Positions 24,244 through 36,141 of a stretch of DNA of 64,000 nucleotides are shown here, in pieces. Source of the DNA: Eledone cirrhosa (lineage: Eukaryota); contig OZ024742.1 of the NCBI GenBank assembly GCA_964016885.1, forward strand, positions 251,844,001 through 251,908,000, given 5' to 3'. The notes under the pieces were generated by a model. The model ran no database searches. It was not told where the DNA came from and worked only from the letters and a program-made list of their open reading frames with translations. The position numbers and the translations under genes were made by a program. Position 1 is the first letter of the stretch. Each line of letters opens with the position of its first letter.

Positions 24244-26340
24244 TGGAATAAATGCTCTGAAATAGCGATATATATGTGAATATAGACATAGAATATTCGA
24301 AAATATTCTGTATGTTTATAATAAACATTTTGAAGACCTAATCGCTATAGAATAGAATACGTCACGTATTACAATTAGATTCTCGATAAAAGCAAGGGAA
24401 GTAATCTACGCGTTTCATTCTCGTTAGAAATCATCAGGACTACATATCCAGTGCTTTTATCGAGAATGACACAGCTAGAGACTTATAGAATACTTAGCTG
24501 TGTACAGGAACTGGTTTGAAAGAGCGGTTGCCGGTCCGGCAGAAATTAGAAATTGGAATAAATGCTCTGAAATAGCGATATATATGTGAATATAGACATA
24601 GAATATTCGAAAATATTCTGTATGTTTATAATAAACATTTTGAAGACCTAATCGCTATAGAATAGAATACGTCACGTATTACAATTAGATTCTCGATAAA
24701 AGCAAGGGAAGTAATCTACGCGTTTCATTCTCGTTAGAAATCATCAGGACTACATATCCAGTGCTTTTATCGAGAATGACACAGCTAGAGACTTATAGAA
24801 TACTTAGCTGTGTACAGGAACTGGTTTGAAAGAGCGGTTGCCGGTCCGGCAGAAATTAGAAATTGGAATAAATGCTCTGAAATAGCGATATATATGTGAA
24901 TATAGACATAGAATATTCGAAAATATTCTGTATGTTTATAATAAACATTTTGAAGACCTAATCGCTATAGAATAGAATACGTCACGTATTACAATTAGAT
25001 TCTCGATAAAAGCAAGGGAAGTAATCTACGCGTTTCATTCTCGTTAGAAATCATCAGGACTACATATCCAGTGCTTTTATCGAGAATGACACAGCTAGAG
25101 ACTTATAGAATACTTAGCTGTGTACAGGAACTGGTTTGAAAGAGCGGTTGCCGGTCCGGCAGAAATTAGAAATTGGAATAAATGCTCTGAAATAGCGATA
25201 TATATGTGAATATAGACATAGAATATTCGAAAATATTCTGTATGTTTATAATAAACATTTTGAAGACCTAATCGCTATAGAATAGAATACGTCACGTATT
25301 ACAATTAGATTCTCGATAAAAGCAAGGGAAGTAATCTACGCGTTTCATTCTCGTTAGAAATCATCAGGACTACATATCCAGTGCTTTTATCGAGAATGAC
25401 ACAGCTAGAGACTTATAGAATACTTAGCTGTGTACAGGAACTGGTTTGAAAGAGCGGTTGCCGGTCCGGCAGAAATTAGAAATTGGAATAAATGCTCTGA
25501 AATAGCGATATATATGTGAATATAGACATAGAATATTCGAAAATATTCTGTATGTTTATAATAAACATTTTGAAGACCTAATCGCTATAGAATAGAATAC
25601 GTCACGTATTACAATTAGATTCTCGATAAAAGCAAGGGAAGTAATCTACGCGTTTCATTCTCGTTAGAAATCATCAGGACTACATATCCAGTGCTTTTAT
25701 CGAGAATGACACAGCTAGAGACTTATAGAATACTTAGCTGTGTACAGGAACTGGTTTGAAAGAGCGGTTGCCGGTCCGGCAGAAATTAGAAATTGGAATA
25801 AATGCTCTGAAATAGCGATATATATGTGAATATAGACATAGAATATTCGAAAATATTCTGTATGTTTATAATAAACATTTTGAAGACCTAATCGCTATAG
25901 AATAGAATACGTCACGTATTACAATTAGATTCTCGATAAAAGCAAGGGAAGTAATCTACGCGTTTCATTCTCGTTAGAAATCATCAGGACTACATATCCA
26001 GTGCTTTTATCGAGAATGACACAGCTAGAGACTTATAGAATACTTAGCTGTGTACAGGAACTGGTTTGAAAGAGCGGTTGCCGGTCCGGCAGAAATTAGA
26101 AATTGGAATAAATGCTCTGAAATAGCGATATATATGTGAATATAGACATAGAATATTCGAAAATATTCTGTATGTTTATAATAAACATTTTGAAGACCTA
26201 ATCGCTATAGAATAGAATACGTCACGTATTACAATTAGATTCTCGATAAAAGCAAGGGAAGTAATCTACGCGTTTCATTCTCGTTAGAAATCATCAGGAC
26301 TACATATCCAGTGCTTTTATCGAGAATGACACAGCTAGAG
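24241..26340 (-). mobile_element. Retrozyme-like tandem array, left arm: ~6.8 x 310-bp hammerhead-containing monomers
   Basis: aattggaataaatgctctga recurs at 24241, 24551, 24861, 25171, 25481, 25791 and 26101. Minus-strand hammerhead at 24401-24443 and every 310 nt (7 copies). Confidence 0.88.
24401..24443 (-). ncRNA. Minimal type-I hammerhead ribozyme (representative left-arm copy, sense to the host gene)
   Basis: Reverse complement of 26485-26527. Confidence 0.88.
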
Positions 26341-28200
26341 ACATATATATCGCTATTTCAGAGCATTTATTCCAATTTCTAATTTCTGCCGGACCGGCAA
26401 CCGCTCTTTCAAACCAGTTCCTGTACACAGCTAAGTATTCTATAAGTCTCTAGCTGTGTCATTCTCGATAAAAGCACTGGATATGTAGTCCTGATGATTT
26501 CTAACGAGAATGAAACGCGTAGATTACTTCCCTTGCTTTTATCGAGAATCTAATTGTAATACGTGACGTATTCTATTCTATAGCGATTAGGTCTTCAAAA
26601 TGTTTATTATAAACATACAGAATATTTTCGAATATTCTATGTCTATATTCACATATATATCGCTATTTCAGAGCATTTATTCCAATTTCTAATTTCTGCC
26701 GGACCGGCAACCGCTCTTTCAAACCAGTTCCTGTACACAGCTAAGTATTCTATAAGTCTCTAGCTGTGTCATTCTCGATAAAAGCACTGGATATGTAGTC
26801 CTGATGATTTCTAACGAGAATGAAACGCGTAGATTACTTCCCTTGCTTTTATCGAGAATCTAATTGTAATACGTGACGTATTCTATTCTATAGCGATTAG
26901 GTCTTCAAAATGTTTATTATAAACATACAGAATATTTTCGAATATTCTATGTCTATATTCACATATATATCGCTATTTCAGAGCATTTATTCCAATTTCT
27001 AATTTCTGCCGGACCGGCAACCGCTCTTTCAAACCAGTTCCTGTACACAGCTAAGTATTCTATAAGTCTCTAGCTGTGTCATTCTCGATAAAAGCACTGG
27101 ATATGTAGTCCTGATGATTTCTAACGAGAATGAAACGCGTAGATTACTTCCCTTGCTTTTATCGAGAATCTAATTGTAATACGTGACGTATTCTATTCTA
27201 TAGCGATTAGGTCTTCAAAATGTTTATTATAAACATACAGAATATTTTCGAATATTCTATGTCTATATTCACATATATATCGCTATTTCAGAGCATTTAT
27301 TCCAATTTCTAATTTCTGCCGGACCGGCAACCGCTCTTTCAAACCAGTTCCTGTACACAGCTAAGTATTCTATAAGTCTCTAGCTGTGTCATTCTCGATA
27401 AAAGCACTGGATATGTAGTCCTGATGATTTCTAACGAGAATGAAACGCGTAGATTACTTCCCTTGCTTTTATCGAGAATCTAATTGTAATACGTGACGTA
27501 TTCTATTCTATAGCGATTAGGTCTTCAAAATGTTTATTATAAACATACAGAATATTTTCGAATATTCTATGTCTATATTCACATATATATCGCTATTTCA
27601 GAGCATTTATTCCAATTTCTAATTTCTGCCGGACCGGCAACCGCTCTTTCAAACCAGTTCCTGTACACAGCTAAGTATTCTATAAGTCTCTAGCTGTGTC
27701 ATTCTCGATAAAAGCACTGGATATGTAGTCCTGATGATTTCTAACGAGAATGAAACGCGTAGATTACTTCCCTTGCTTTTATCGAGAATCTAATTGTAAT
27801 ACGTGACGTATTCTATTCTATAGCGATTAGGTCTTCAAAATGTTTATTATAAACATACAGAATATTTTCGAATATTCTATGTCTATATTCACATATATAT
27901 CGCTATTTCAGAGCATTTATTCCAATTTCTAATTTCTGCCGGACCGGCAACCGCTCTTTCAAACCAGTTCCTGTACACAGCTAAGTATTCTATAAGTCTC
28001 TAGCTGTGTCATTCTCGATAAAAGCACTGGATATGTAGTCCTGATGATTTCTAACGAGAATGAAACGCGTAGATTACTTCCCTTGCTTTTATCGAGAATC
28101 TAATTGTAATACGTGACGTATTCTATTCTATAGCGATTAGGTCTTCAAAATGTTTATTATAAACATACAGAATATTTTCGAATATTCTATGTCTATATTC
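26341..28200 (+). mobile_element. Retrozyme-like tandem array, right arm: 6.0 x 310-bp monomers, inverted relative to the left arm
   Basis: acatatatatcgctatttcagagc recurs at 26341, 26651, 26961, 27271, 27581 and 27891. It is the reverse complement of the left-arm monomer and runs into (TA)n at 28201. Confidence 0.88.
26485..26527 (+). ncRNA. Minimal type-I hammerhead ribozyme (representative copy; repeats at 26795, 27105, 27415, 27725, 28035)
   Basis: gtagtc-CTGATGA-tttct aacg agaat-GAAA-cgcg-TA^-gattac. Stem I gtagtc/gattac, palindromic stem III ACGCGT, predicted cleavage after GUA at 26521. Enclosed by attctcgataaaagca/tgcttttatcgagaat. Confidence 0.9.
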
Positions 28201-28210
28201 ATATATATAT

Positions 28211-28292
<82 letters not shown>

Positions 28293-28298
<6 letters not shown>

Positions 28299-31200
28299 TG
28301 ATGCTAACTACCTCCCAAATATCCGACAGTGACTATATAATTATCGCAGGCGACCTAAATGGTCACGTTGCACAACATTGTGACGGCTACGACGAAATCC
28401 ATGGAGGCTATGGGTTTGGTACTAGAAATGAGGAAGGCTCCAGAATCCTGGAATTCTGTGATGCAAATAACCTAACTATCTGTAACACTAACTTCAAAAA
28501 ACGTGACAATCACTTGATCACCTATAGATCCGGGGAACACACAAGCCAGGTAGATTATATCCTTACCAGAAGACGTGACAGAGTGTCTGTTGTAAACACT
28601 AAATCCCTCCCCCATGAAGAATGCACCTCCCAACATAGACTGATAATTAGCGACCTCATAGTCAGGACGAGACGTACTCGACAGCAGAAGAGGACTATCC
28701 TCAGGAGAAAAATATGGAAGCTAAAGGACCCCACAGCCAGGAATAAATTTCAAAGCATATTACTTGATGCTTTCGACAGTAAGGAAGAACATTTAGAGTC
28801 GGACAATATAGAGGGAGAGTGGGAATTTCTGAAAGCAAACCTGCTGTTGGCGACAGACGAAGTCTGTGGCTGGAGCAGGCCTGTAGGCAGGAGGAGAGTA
28901 ACATGGTGGTGGAACAGTAAGGTGGAGGGGTCAATTAAGGCCAAAAAGCAGGCTTGGAAAGTATGGCGGGATGGGGGAAGTAGAGAAGACTATCAAGTGG
29001 CCAGGAGGGAAGCTAGGAGACAAGTGTACTTAGCAAGAAGGGAAGCTGAGGAAAGAAAGTTCAAGCATGTTCTACAACGCGATGACCAAAAACGTGAGGT
29101 GTTCAGGATTGCTAGGCAATGCGTCAAGGAAAACCGTGATATTGTCGGGGAGAAGTGTGTACTAAACGACGATGGCACACTTGCCATCACCGACGCTGAT
29201 AAGAAGGTAGCTTGGAAGTGTCACTATGAAAGGCTACTAAATGAGGAGAATAAATGGGAGAAAGACAGTCTCCCCCATATCGACCCAATAGAGGGACCAG
29301 CAGTGTTAGTCGAGGGGAGTATAATAAGTAAGGCAATCAAGGATATGAAGACGGGTAAGGCGGCTGGGCCTTCGGAAATAGTTGCTGAGATGCTGAAGGC
29401 ATCTGGCACGGTGGGACACACCATGGTCACCCGCATAGTTAACCAAGTCGTACAGAATGGGGTTGTTCCGAAGGACTGGCATAGCAGCATCATCGTTAAC
29501 TGTTATAAGGGTAAAGGAGACGCCCTAGATAGGAGTAACTATAGAGGCATTAAATTAATCGACCAGGTCATGAAGGTCACGGAAAAAGTAATAGCGCAAC
29601 TAATCAGAGAGAGAATCGACCTAGATGAAATGCAGTTCGGGTTTGTGTCAGGCGAAAGTACCACAGACGCTCTTTTCATAGTACGACAACTACAGGAGAA
29701 GTACCTAGCTAAAGGTAAACCCCTCTACTTAGCTTTTGTCGACTTGGAGAAAGCCTTCGACAGAGTCCCCCGCTCCATTATCTGGTGGGCTCTTAGAAAA
29801 CTAGGCGTTGACGAATGGCTTGTGAGGGCTATACAAGCCATGTATAAAGAAACAGTCAGCAAGGTTAGAATTAACAACGAATATAGTGAAGAGTTTAGCG
29901 TAAAAGTTGGCGTCCATCAGGGCTCTGTTCTCAGCCCCCTACTATTTATTATTGCCCTTCAGGCTATAACAGAGGAGTTCAAGACCGGCTGCCCATGGGA
30001 ACTCCTATACGCAGACGACCTGACACTCATAGCGGAATCAATGACCGAGCTAGAGAAGAAATTCCAAACATGGAAGCACAGCCTAGAATCAAAAGGCCTT
30101 AAAATTAACCTGGCTAAGACCAAAGTTCTAGTTTGTAGGAAAGAAAATAAGGCGGCGGTCCCTTCTGGGAAATGGTCGTGCTCGGTGTGTAGGAAAGGCG
30201 TAGGTAGAAACTCCATTTTATGTCCTAAATGCAAAGTATGGGTGTATAAAAGATGTGGTGGGATCACAGGTAAGCTAACTAAGAACATAGATTTTACATG
30301 TGGCCGGTGCTCTGGTGCAATAAGTAGCAGCAAGTGCCCACAAAATACTAGCTCTTTCAATTGCGCAGAGGGTTCTATAGAAATAGTGGACAGTTTCCGT
30401 TACCTGGGTGATAAAATCAGCAGTGGGGGAGGGTGCTCTGAAAGTACAGTATCTAGAGTCAGAACTGGTTGGAAAAAGTTCAGAGAGCTTATACCACTAT
30501 TAGCTGCTAAAGGGTTCTCCCTAAAAATGAAAGGCAGGTTGTACGATGCCTGCATACGAACAGCAATGTTGCATGGCAGTGAGACCTGGGCATTGTGTGC
30601 AGAGGATATACGCAGACTAGAGAGGAACGAAGCTTGCATGCTCCGCTGGATGTGTAACAGTAATATACGTGAACGGCAAAGCATAAACGAACTAAGGAAA
30701 AAATTAGAAATAAGAGGGATCAGATGTTGTTTACTCGAGAGAAGGCTACGTTGGTATGGACACGTGATGCGCATGAAAGTCGATAGCTGTATAACAAAGT
30801 GCAGGGCAATAAAGATAGACGGTAGCCACGGAATAGGCAGACCTAGAAAAACCTGGGACGAGCTGATAAACTCCGACCTCACACACTTACACCTCTCCAA
30901 GACAATGTCACTGGACCGAGACCTTTGGCGGTACTCAGTAACAGAGAAGACCCGCCTTACCTAAATACATAGTAAAACCTACTACAGCCAGTAGGCATCT
31001 CTAACAAAATACCCCCCGTCCCCCCCGTCCCACCACCCCCACCCCATCCACACCACCCCGTTCTATGTAAAGTTATGTTGGTGCCACACCATCCAGGCCG
31101 AAACAAATGAGATTGTGTAGGTGTCACGACAAAAAAACACACAGTCCACGCTGTAATGTGGCCGTGTAGGCAACACGGTAAAAACCTCCCAGACCCACAC

Positions 31201-31372
31201 TGTAAATGTGGTTGGTGTTAGGAAGGGCATCCAACTGTAGAAAACCTGCCAGACAGTCCTATGCGAGCAAGACAATCACTCTTGCCTCAAGTGGGACTAC
31301 CCCCGTCCAAACCCATGCAAGTGTGGAACACGGACGTTAAACGTTGATGATGATGATGATGATGATGATGAT
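28293..31372 (+). mobile_element. RTE LINE family A, 5'-truncated copy (open frame 28301-30964)
   Basis: Nearly identical to 12950-16010. Begins within the APE domain immediately after (TA)n and ends in (GAT)n. Confidence 0.93.
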
Positions 31373-31376
31373 ATAT

Positions 31377-31884
31377 ATATTAAAACAATGAAATTAAACA
31401 CAGTAAAACACATTATTTTACGATCGTTTCTGGGGGAGGGGGGTAGTCGTCTGCATGTTCATTTAATTATTGATCTATGTAAAACATATTACAAAATATC
31501 ATAGTGAGAAAAAAATACATACGTCTTCACTACCCGCCATCATCAGAAATAATAACCATTATTTCTGAAGATGGCGGGTAGTGAAGACGTATGTATTTTT
31601 TCTCACTATGATATTTTGTAATATGTTTTACATAGATCAATAATTAAATGAACATACAGAGGACTACCCCCCAGAAACGATCGTAAAATAATGTGTTTTA
31701 CTATGAATTAAGAGTTTTGTGTTTAATTTCATTGTTTTAATATTTCTATTTGACTCTGTATCCAATTGAATTATATCGTTGATAAAAAAATGTTTGTATT
31801 TTAAACTTTGCTTCACAACATCTACATACGGATTACATTGAGTTCTTTATATGGTTTAGACCCTACCATTGAGTGGTAGATTTA

Positions 31885-31890
<6 letters not shown>
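31377..31890 (+). mobile_element. Fold-back Penelope pLTR-type insertion with hammerheads (31557-31693 on +, inverted copy ~31410-31553 on -)
   Basis: Arms 31381-31553 and 31557-31742 are inverted repeats. cattattt-CTGAAGA-tggcgggtagt...actacccccca-GAAA-cgatcg-TA^-aaataatg. (TA)n flanks. Confidence 0.75.
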
Positions 31891-31921
<31 letters not shown>

Positions 31922-32163
31922 CAGATGTATATATCTTTCAGATACTGGCTGACTGCTCTAACCATTGTGCTAAACAGCCGTTTATTTGATACAGTCACAT
32001 TGCTCTTTTGTAATTTTCATGTATGTTGTGCTAATGTGGTTTTATGTGGTACAGGATATTAAGAGTTATAGTAAAAGAATTAGTTGTATAGTCAATTAAG
32101 TAGTAAGCTAATTACAATAACTATTAATAAACATTTTAAATTTAGGAATTTAAAGAACCATAC

Positions 32164-32598
32164 CTGTCAAACTTCTTTTCATTTTCCAGATAAACATTCT
32201 TAGTATTTGGAAAGACAATTTCTGTAGAATTTAGTTGGTCTAAAGCATGATGCATTTTTAAAAAGGCTGATCTATCAAACTTGAAATAAATGTCTACATC
32301 AAAAGATTTTCCATTTGAAAGTTTTAACTCTTTTACTAAATCCTTATCAAAGAACAAATAGAGAGTATTTTGTTGAAGGCTAGTAATATGAATTTCATAA
32401 AATTTATCTTTGTTGGTTTTAAAACAAAGATCCACTGTTTTGCAGTTTTCCAAAATCAACTTTCCTGGATCTGTATTATATGAGAGTGAATTGGTGAAGA
32501 AGATGCTGCCATACAATGACCCATCAACAGCATTTATAAATGTGCCAGTCATATCAATAAAAGAAGTAGAAATCTTCATTTCAGAGTTAAAATTGTAA
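32164..32598 (-). CDS. HELZ2: HELZ2-like helicase, exon F
   Basis: Acceptor ctctttcag|t and donor ACAG|gtatgg. 435 nt containing VDIYFKFDRSAFLKMHHALDQL, matching the HELZ-family F..R..f..MH.A.D motif. Phase 2/2. Confidence 0.8.
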
Positions 32599-32719
32599 CT
32601 GAAAGAGAGTGAAAGAGAGTGATACATAATTCTAGAATATCATTTTAGCTTCAAATTTATATTATTTAACAATATATCTAGCCAAGCAACATAAACATTA
32701 TTTAATGCAACATCAATAA

Positions 32720-33660
32720 TAATTATTTTGTGGTTATGATTGTTTTGCAAATTAGAAATACAAAAGTGAAAACTTAGAGTAAAGTAAAGTAAGAAAAACA
32801 AAAAACAATAATATCATGAAATGTAAGGTAAAGGTGTCTTTTACCTTATTTTTCATATTTTGAGGTTAGGAACTCTTTGTTAAAAGAAAGGAAATAAAGT
32901 GTGGTGCTCACAATGAGCAGTGCTCTACTTCATAGAAATTAGTTCAGAGGTTTAGTGTCATGTGCAAACTGGTGTAGTCACAACAGCTGATCAACTTCAT
33001 GCAACTCATGCCTGCTGTTTATGATTGGTTTCATTCTATTGATGAAAATAGCCTCTTTGATATGCAAAATATCAATACTGTATTTTCAGTCCCACCCTAT
33101 AGTTTGCTCTGCTGATTATCACAGTGGTACTCTCATTGAAATGCGGTAGCTTTAGATAGCATAGACCATCCTTGAGTGTGTGTTCCCTCTTCGGTTGTGT
33201 GTTAGTTTCCTAACATTTGGTGAAGGATGCTGGATAGCCGTTTCTGTCAAAAAGTACCTGCAGAAATGTCACACACAAGATATCAAAGTAACTATTTGAG
33301 GCCATCAATTGAAAAATCAGAAATTTGTGTATCAAAGAGGCTATTTTTAGAAGTAGAATGAGACCAATCATAAACAGCAGGTGTGAGATACATGAAGCTA
33401 ATTGGTTATTGTGATTAGACCTATTTCCACAACTCACTAATCCTCCAAACTAATTTCTATACAGTAGAGCACCACCCATTGTCAACTCTACTCCATTTAT
33501 TTTCTTTCCTTTGAAAAAAATATCTTAACTTTGAAATATTATGGAATAAAGGTAAAAATGTAAAACATTGTTTTGTTTTGTTTTTCTTACTTTACTCTAG
33601 TTTTCACATTTGTGTTTCTAACTTTCATTGTACCAGCTTTGCCCAAACAATCATAAACAC
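32720..33660 (-). mobile_element. Degenerate Penelope-like RT relic flanked by ~90-bp inverted repeats
   Basis: Minus-strand LFDRNGYP...YLKLPH resembles the PLE RT C-terminal NGYP/LPY motifs. 32730-32810 is inverted relative to 33565-33660. Confidence 0.35.
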
Positions 33661-34482
33661 ATATTTTAAAATACTTCATATAAACTATACTGCTTTGAAA
33701 TAATTATTTTGTTTACAATTGTTTCCATTATCGTTGAGATTTTGGAAATGTGGCTAATAGGTTAGTAAATGGCAGGGCCAGAAAGAGTGTTTTACTGGGG
33801 ATGAGAAATACTTTTGTATGGTTGAATTTCCCTGATTAGGCAGATATAAGATGATCCTATGAAAGAAGAGATTATGATAGCAAAATGAAGGTTTGGTTTG
33901 GAAGTAAAGAAAAATAGAGATCAAGTGTATTTAGAAAATCAGTAGGTATATCATGAATATAGGAAAGTGAGGAGATTAACTAGTGCAGGCAATGCAGGGT
34001 GGCAAATGTTTTGGCATATGCACAAGCAGTGTCATTTTTATTTAACCAAAAGTCAGACTTTATCGAGCAGACATAAGATCAAATAATAATTCTGTTTTAT
34101 TTTCATAAGTAGTGTTTCTCAGACTACATTATCCAATGTCCTTTATTTAAAAACAATTGGAAGATATTTTTCATCAAGTTGAGCAATGATGTAAAAGACT
34201 TCACTAACCTGGGAGGAGTAAGATGTATGCAGTGAAGTTAACGAGGATGTATGACAGTTCAACAACTGATGGTTGTTGGATGAGTTTGGAGATCAATAGA
34301 GAGAACAAATGAATGGTAGAATCTTTGAGCCAGATAACTTGAAATCTTTATTGATGATGTTAAAGTAAGAGCAGATTTCATTTAAGTGCAGATATCACTT
34401 TGCAGGAAGAAATTGAAATATAAAGTGAGGTCTAGACACTTTTTTTCAGAAAAAGACTAAAATGTATGTTTGAACATCTTAC

Positions 34483-34958
34483 CTTAATATGATGGTTGTG
34501 CATGTACATTCCTCCACGTAAAGTAATGTGTGCATGGTTTCAGTATAGTTGCTTGTATTTAAACTTAAGTTTATTTCATGTTTATTTGACACTAAGTATT
34601 GAACATCGTTGGGGATTTTGTATTTATCTTTTATACCATCTGATATACAATTTAGCTGAATATTTGCAGGTAATTTGAAACTTGTCATCTTAAGATCTTC
34701 ACTTTTTTTAGTGGGGGGAATATTTATATCTATTGGACAAAAAAGTAAATTTTTTACGCCAAAATCAAATAAAATCTTTACAGAAAATTTTGCACAAGCT
34801 TCTCCAAAATATATAACAGGCACTCTCCATTGATTTTTAGCAATTCTAAACATGTTGGAATCTGTTAAATTTTGATTGGTTATTTCTGCAGTGGGAGTTA
34901 GAAAAAATCTGTCTCCATGTTTGTTGGTCAAAAATGATACTCCTTGTAGGTTATATTT
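34483..34958 (-). CDS. HELZ2: HELZ2-like helicase, exon E
   Basis: Acceptor cacttattcag|AAA and donor TAAG|gtaaga. 476 nt containing ILFDFG and NYTETMHTLLYVEE, typical of the pre-helicase region of MOV10/HELZ proteins. Phase 0 in, 2 out. Confidence 0.8.
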
Positions 34959-35066
34959 CTGAATAAGTGAACAGATGAATTAATAAATATGTGTACACAT
35001 AATAAATGAAATAAAAATTTAGAAAATATTACTTTACATTGTCTTCTATTAAAGTTTGTGTATGTA

Positions 35067-35101
<35 letters not shown>

Positions 35102-36141
35102 CTAGCATCTCAAAACATTTCATATATGCAAAAATGTAATAAACAGAATTTGAAATATTTTAATGTACCTAGCTAAGTTTCATGGGGTAGCAATAAATAA
35201 ATAAATAAAGCATGAATTGTTTGCAGATTTGACTTCTGACTCACATCATCATCATCAATGTCGTTTTAATGTCTGCTTTCCCTGCTAGTAAGGGTTGAAT
35301 GGGTTTACATAGACCAAGTCAGTACTGAAGTAGTGACTACTGATCTCCCAGACAAAAGGGGTTTTGTTATCTTATATATGTATGGTTTCACATTCTACCA
35401 AGTGCACAGGGGAGGTTGTCATGTCTTGGACACAACTGAGGGTACTCCCAACCCTTTATTTGGCAAGCTTACTATGGTTGGATGCCCTTCCTACCACCAA
35501 CGCCTTTACAGCATGAATACCAAATCGAAGATAGCAAGTTTGGATTTTACACCTACCTCCCTTCTTCTGACGACCGAATGCTAATGCTAGCACATTATTG
35601 CACCAGCTCCTGCAATTCTTGCACTTAATTCAGCCTCATGCCTTCCATCACTTGTGAACACTGCCTTGAGATACTTGAACTTCTCCACCTGCTTAAGTGG
35701 AACTTCACTCACATGTAGAGTGCACTGCACAGGCTTCCTTGAGAGGAGGAGTGTCTCATTCTTTGCAGTACTGATTTTCATTCCTGCCATGCAGCACTCA
35801 GCAGCAAACCTATCAAGTGTATGTCAGAGATCACCTTCTGGTCAGTTAAGTGGTACCATGTAATCCGTAAATTCCAGAAAACTGATCATACACTCGCCAG
35901 TATCAATATCAACTCAGCTGCGCATGTCAATCCTATCCATGAAGATTATGAAAAGGAGAGGTGACAGTATGCACCATTAGCAGAGTCTGACACCCACATT
36001 GAATGGTTTCAATTTAGCACCATTTATCTGAACACAAACACTTGGACTTTCATAGAGAGACAACAGGATAACAAGAAACTGTCCATCAATCCCATACTCT
36101 TGAAAATCTTTCCATAACAGGTCCCATGGAATACAATCATA

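Noticed and set aside
26341-26650. Endless ORF on the putative circle (rolling-circle translation)
   Set aside because: 310 is not a multiple of 3, stop codons are frequent, and the ORF track shows no ORF in the array.
24241-28200. CRISPR array or ordinary satellite DNA
   Set aside because: There are no unique spacers and no cas genes, and the context is eukaryotic. The ribozyme in every unit and the inversion argue against a plain satellite.
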